A stretch of DNA of 32,930 bases, from the NCBI GenBank assembly GCA_965197725.1, contig CBDANQ010000047.1, positions 1 to 32,930 of the forward strand. The letters are read 5' to 3'. Positions 29,599-32,930 of the stretch are shown here, one piece after another (the stretch's first letter is position 1; each line of letters opens with the position of its first letter). The stretch comes from Longimicrobiales bacterium. Lineage in GTDB: Bacteria > Gemmatimonadota > Gemmatimonadetes > Longimicrobiales > Gaopeijiaceae. Under the pieces are notes generated by a model that saw only the letters and a list, made by a program, of their open reading frames with translations, was not told the origin of the DNA and ran no database searches. Both the position numbers and the translations under genes were made by a program.

Positions 29599-30498
29599 TC
29601 AGCCGACCCGGACTGCCTCTTCCACCGTGGCGACATGGATCGAGACGGTATCGTCGAGCTCATACGCGTACCCGCCCGCCATCAGCACCGCGATCGGGAT
29701 CTTCCGCTCCACCGCCCGTTCGAGCACCATGCGGTCGCGCCGCCTCAAGCCCTCCAGGGTCAAGGTCAACCCACCGAGCTGGTCATGCTCGTAGGGATCC
29801 GCGCCCGCGAGATAAACGATCAACTGCGGCGCCGGCTCGCCGAGCACGTCCGCGAGCGCTCTCTCGAGCAGATCCAGGTACTCGCCGTCCTCCGTGCCGT
29901 CCGGCAAAGCGACATCGAGATCCGACGGTGGCTTCAAAGACGGGTAGTTGTTCTGTTGATGCATCGAAAACGTGAGCACGTCGTCGTCCTCGGCGAAGAT
30001 CGCCGCGGTTCCGTTGCCGTGATGTACGTCTAGGTCGACGACTGCCACGCGCTCGACTACGCCCTCTGCCCGTACTGCCCGCACCGCCACCGCGACGTCG
30101 TTGTACAAGCAGAATCCCTCGCCGTGGCCGGCGTACGCATGGTGAAAGCCGCCACCGAGGTGCACGGCCACGCCATCCTCGAGTGCGCTGCGCGCGGTGA
30201 GAAGCGTCCCGCCACACGACAGAGCCATCGCTTCCCGTAGCTCCTCCGTGAGCGGCACTTCCAACCGCGCCCGTTCGCCGAGGGACAGCGAGTCCGTCTC
30301 GACCTTGCGCAGGAAGTCATCGGTGTGAGCGCGAGCCAGCTCGTCACGGGTTGCCGCGATCGGTGGAACGAAGTCGCCTTCGGTGAGCGTGCGATCCGCG
30401 AGCAGCCGCTCGCGCGCGAGCCGGTACTTCGCGGTCACGAAGACGTGCGGCCCGAGCTCGACTTCGTACGTGGGAGACCAGATAACCGGGGGCGCCAC
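29599..30498 (-). CDS. Histone deacetylase family protein
   Basis: GGGFHHA, GEGFCLYND, DLDVHHGNGT, GADPYEHDQLG, GGY. Confidence 0.95.
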   Translation of the reverse strand: MAPPVIWSPTYEVELGPHVFVTAKYRLARERLLADRTLTEGDFVPPIAATRDELARAHTDDFLRKVETDSLSLGERARLEVPLTEELREAMALSCGGTLLTARSALEDGVAVHLGGGFHHAYAGHGEGFCLYNDVAVAVRAVRAEGVVERVAVVDLDVHHGNGTAAIFAEDDDVLTFSMHQQNNYPSLKPPSDLDVALPDGTEDGEYLDLLERALADVLGEPAPQLIVYLAGADPYEHDQLGGLTLTLEGLRRRDRMVLERAVERKIPIAVLMAGGYAYELDDTVSIHVATVEEAVRVG

Positions 30499-30535
30499 AG
30501 TTCCGCTCCGTCGCTCGCCTATCGGCCCGTGACCG

Positions 30536-31198
30536 CTACCGCTTCCTCGCCAACGTCAGCCCGTCCCCGATCGGGACGAGACTCAAGCTCACGCGCTCAT
30601 CGTCCTTGAGCTTCTCGTTGAAGTGGCGAATCGCCTCGGTGTCCCCGTCCGTCACTTCGGAGTCGACGACCTTGCCCTCCCACAGCGTGTTGTCGATCGC
30701 GATGAGGCCGCCGTGGCGAACGAGCTGCATACAGCGCTCGAAGTATGCCGCATATTCTTGCTTGTCGGCATCGATGAACGCGAAGTCGAAGTCCCCCGAC
30801 CTGCCCTGCGCGAGCAGGCCGTCGAGCGAATCGACTGCCGGCCCGAGTCTCAACTCGATCTTGTGCGCCTGGGCGGCTTCCTCCCAAAACCGCTTTCCGA
30901 TGGCCGTCGACTCCTCGTTGAGGTCGCAAGTGATCACTCGACCATCGGAGGGCAACGCCAACGACACGGCAAGCGCGCTGTAGCCGGTGAAGGTTCCGAC
31001 CTCGAGCGTGTACTTCGCACCGATCAACTCGACTAGCAGACCCATGAACTGTCCCTGCTCGGGACCGATCTGCATGTTGGCGTCGGGCAGCGTTGCGGTT
31101 TCTTCACGAAGGCGCCGCAACACGTCGGGCTCACGAACCGACACGTCGAGGAGATACCGGTACAGATCGTCGCCCAGATGGTTCGTGCGTCGGGTCAC
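30536..31198 (-). CDS. Class I SAM-dependent O-methyltransferase (CCoAOMT-like)
   Basis: MQIGPEQGQF, LEVGTFTGYSAL, FDFAFIDADK, IDNTLW; GTG start at 31198. Confidence 0.93.
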   Translation of the reverse strand: MTRRTNHLGDDLYRYLLDVSVREPDVLRRLREETATLPDANMQIGPEQGQFMGLLVELIGAKYTLEVGTFTGYSALAVSLALPSDGRVITCDLNEESTAIGKRFWEEAAQAHKIELRLGPAVDSLDGLLAQGRSGDFDFAFIDADKQEYAAYFERCMQLVRHGGLIAIDNTLWEGKVVDSEVTDGDTEAIRHFNEKLKDDERVSLSLVPIGDGLTLARKR

Positions 31199-31230
31199 CG
31201 AGTCTCCTTGGGCTTCTATGTCTCGATAAG

Positions 31231-31857
31231 CTAAGGCAACTCCGTCTCGAGCACGCGGTAGCAATACCACGCGGCCGCGCTTCGCCACGGGCCGTAGATA
31301 TCCCCGAGCGGCTCGAGCTGCTTCGCGGTCGGATATCCGTCGAGCCCATGCACCTTCGCGTACCCTGCGCGCACACCGAGGTCTCCGACGGGCCACACGT
31401 CGGGTCTGTGCAGTCGAAACATGAGGTACATCTGAGCGGTCCAGACACCGATGCCCCGCACCGTCACGAGCCGTTGGATGATCTCATCGTCGGGCTGCTC
31501 GTCGAGATCGTGAACATCCACTTCGCCGGAACGGATCTTCGTCGCGAGGTCCCGGATCGCGGCATACTTGCTTCCCGAAAGGCCCGCCCCGCGAAGAGTG
31601 GCTTCTCTCACCCGAAGAGCCTTTTGCGGTGACACATCGCCATTGAGCGCCTCGACGACGCGTCCGTGGATGGTCCGAGCGGCCTTACCCGCCAACTGCT
31701 GATAGCAGATCGCGCGCACCAAGTAGTAGAACGGCGTCACCTCGGAGACGGGCAGCCGGATCGTTCCGATCCGCTTCACCCACGGGCCGAAGACGTGGTC
31801 TTTCCCGAGCTTACGATGTCCGGGGGTCCAAACGGTGGTGAGCTTCGGTTCCGCCAT
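31231..31857 (-). CDS. DNA-3-methyladenine glycosylase II (AlkA/HhH-GPD family)
   Basis: LVRAICYQQLAGKAA, HhH VRGIGVWTAQM, PVGDLGVR, GPWRSAAAWY. Confidence 0.92.
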   Translation of the reverse strand: MAEPKLTTVWTPGHRKLGKDHVFGPWVKRIGTIRLPVSEVTPFYYLVRAICYQQLAGKAARTIHGRVVEALNGDVSPQKALRVREATLRGAGLSGSKYAAIRDLATKIRSGEVDVHDLDEQPDDEIIQRLVTVRGIGVWTAQMYLMFRLHRPDVWPVGDLGVRAGYAKVHGLDGYPTAKQLEPLGDIYGPWRSAAAWYCYRVLETELP

Positions 31858-31860
31858 GAG

Positions 31861-32930
31861 CTACCTAGGAACCGCCACCCAGATCAACCCAGCCAGCATC
31901 ACGACCTGGATCGCGATGAACGGGACTACACCGCGGTAGATCGACGTCGTCGAGATACCCTCGGGCGTCACGCCACGCAGATAGAAAAGGCTGAATCCGA
32001 AAGGTGGCGTCAGGAAAGATGTCTGTAGGTTCACCGCGAGCACGATGCCGAGCCAAGTGAGGTCGACGCCCAAAATGACGGCAGGCGGCACGATCAGCGG
32101 CACGATGATGAAAGCGATCTCGAAGAAGTCGATGAAGAAGCCGAGCAGAAAGACGACCACGTTCACGACGATGAGGAAGCCGAGCGCACCACCTGGAATG
32201 CCCGTGAGCGTACTCTCGATCCAGAGATCGCCGTCGAGGCCGCGGAACACGAGCGCAAACGCGGTCGACCCGATGAGTAAGAAGACCACCATGATGGTCA
32301 GCCTACTCGTCTCCTCCATCGCGGCCTTGAGCGCGTGCAATCCGAGCTGCCGGTGCAGCGCCGCGAGCACCATCGCGCCGACGGCACCCAGAGCGCCCGC
32401 TTCGGTCGGCGTCGCGACACCCGCAAAGATGCTGCCGAGCACGACGACGATCAGGGCGAGCGGCGGCACCAGCGAGAGCACGACGCGCTTGGCGAGTTCG
32501 GCCCCCCTCGAGCGCTTCTCCTCGGGCAACGCGGGCGCGACCTCCTCGTTCACGGTTGCTAGGACCGCGACGTAGATCGCGTACCCCCCCGTCAGGACCA
32601 GTCCCGGTATGAGCACCGCCCGGAACAGGTCCCCAACGCTCACCCCCATCTGATCACCGAGCACGATCAACACGATCGAAGGGGGAATGATCTGGCCCAG
32701 CGTCCCCGACGCCGAGATCACACCCAGACTCAGCTTCTCGTCGTAACCGTTGCGCAGCATGACCGGCAGCGAGATCAGCCCCATCGCGGTTACGCTCGCG
32801 CCGACCACGCCGGTCGCAGCCGCCAGCAGCGCGCCGACGAAGATCACGCCGATCGCGAGCCCGCCGCGGAATGCCCCGAACAAAACGGCGATCGTCTCTA
32901 ACAACTGCTCGGCGAGTTTGCTCTTCTCGA
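31861..32930 (-). CDS. dctM: TRAP transporter large permease subunit, 5' end off the right edge
   Basis: ASGTLGQIIPPSIVL, GVATPTEAGALGA, GFFIDFFEI, NLQTSFLTPPFGFSLFYLRG. Confidence 0.95.
   Translation of the reverse strand, partial: EKSKLAEQLLETIAVLFGAFRGGLAIGVIFVGALLAAATGVVGASVTAMGLISLPVMLRNGYDEKLSLGVISASGTLGQIIPPSIVLIVLGDQMGVSVGDLFRAVLIPGLVLTGGYAIYVAVLATVNEEVAPALPEEKRSRGAELAKRVVLSLVPPLALIVVVLGSIFAGVATPTEAGALGAVGAMVLAALHRQLGLHALKAAMEETSRLTIMVVFLLIGSTAFALVFRGLDGDLWIESTLTGIPGGALGFLIVVNVVVFLLGFFIDFFEIAFIIVPLIVPPAVILGVDLTWLGIVLAVNLQTSFLTPPFGFSLFYLRGVTPEGISTTSIYRGVVPFIAIQVVMLAGLIWVAVPR

Overview
GC-rich bacterial chromosomal window; the gene content and protein style suggest Gemmatimonadota, but that is an inference. 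Left to right: a partial M16 zinc peptidase, phoU, a truncated Na/Pi cotransporter abutting a frameshifted KSEKS-repeat protein, an 18-gene tRNA cluster (tRNA-Pro(GGG) on the minus strand, 17 tRNAs on the plus strand, none encoding CCA), thrB/thrC, a histone-H1-like Lys/Ala repeat protein, a SprT-like protease, a membrane protein, tkt, leuS, an ABC exporter, a truncated sensor kinase, a lipoprotein, an acyl-CoA dehydrogenase, an LVIVD-repeat lipoprotein, msrB, a cupin, an internally deleted SDR, ilvE, a CcmH-like protein, TRAP dctP, VapBC toxin-antitoxin remnants, an HDAC-family deacetylase, an O-methyltransferase, an AlkA-type glycosylase and a partial TRAP dctM. The most unusual signal is a family of ~150-190 bp non-coding units behind four different tRNAs (Pro-GGG, Ser-GCT, Ser-GGA in three tandem copies, Pro-CGG). 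Each unit holds an antisense copy of its own tRNA's T-arm/3' end, then a sense copy of the T-arm split at the same T-loop bond by a related structured insert, and it regenerates the tRNA 3' end. The window also shows several deletions and single-base frameshifts, reflecting gene decay and/or assembly error.
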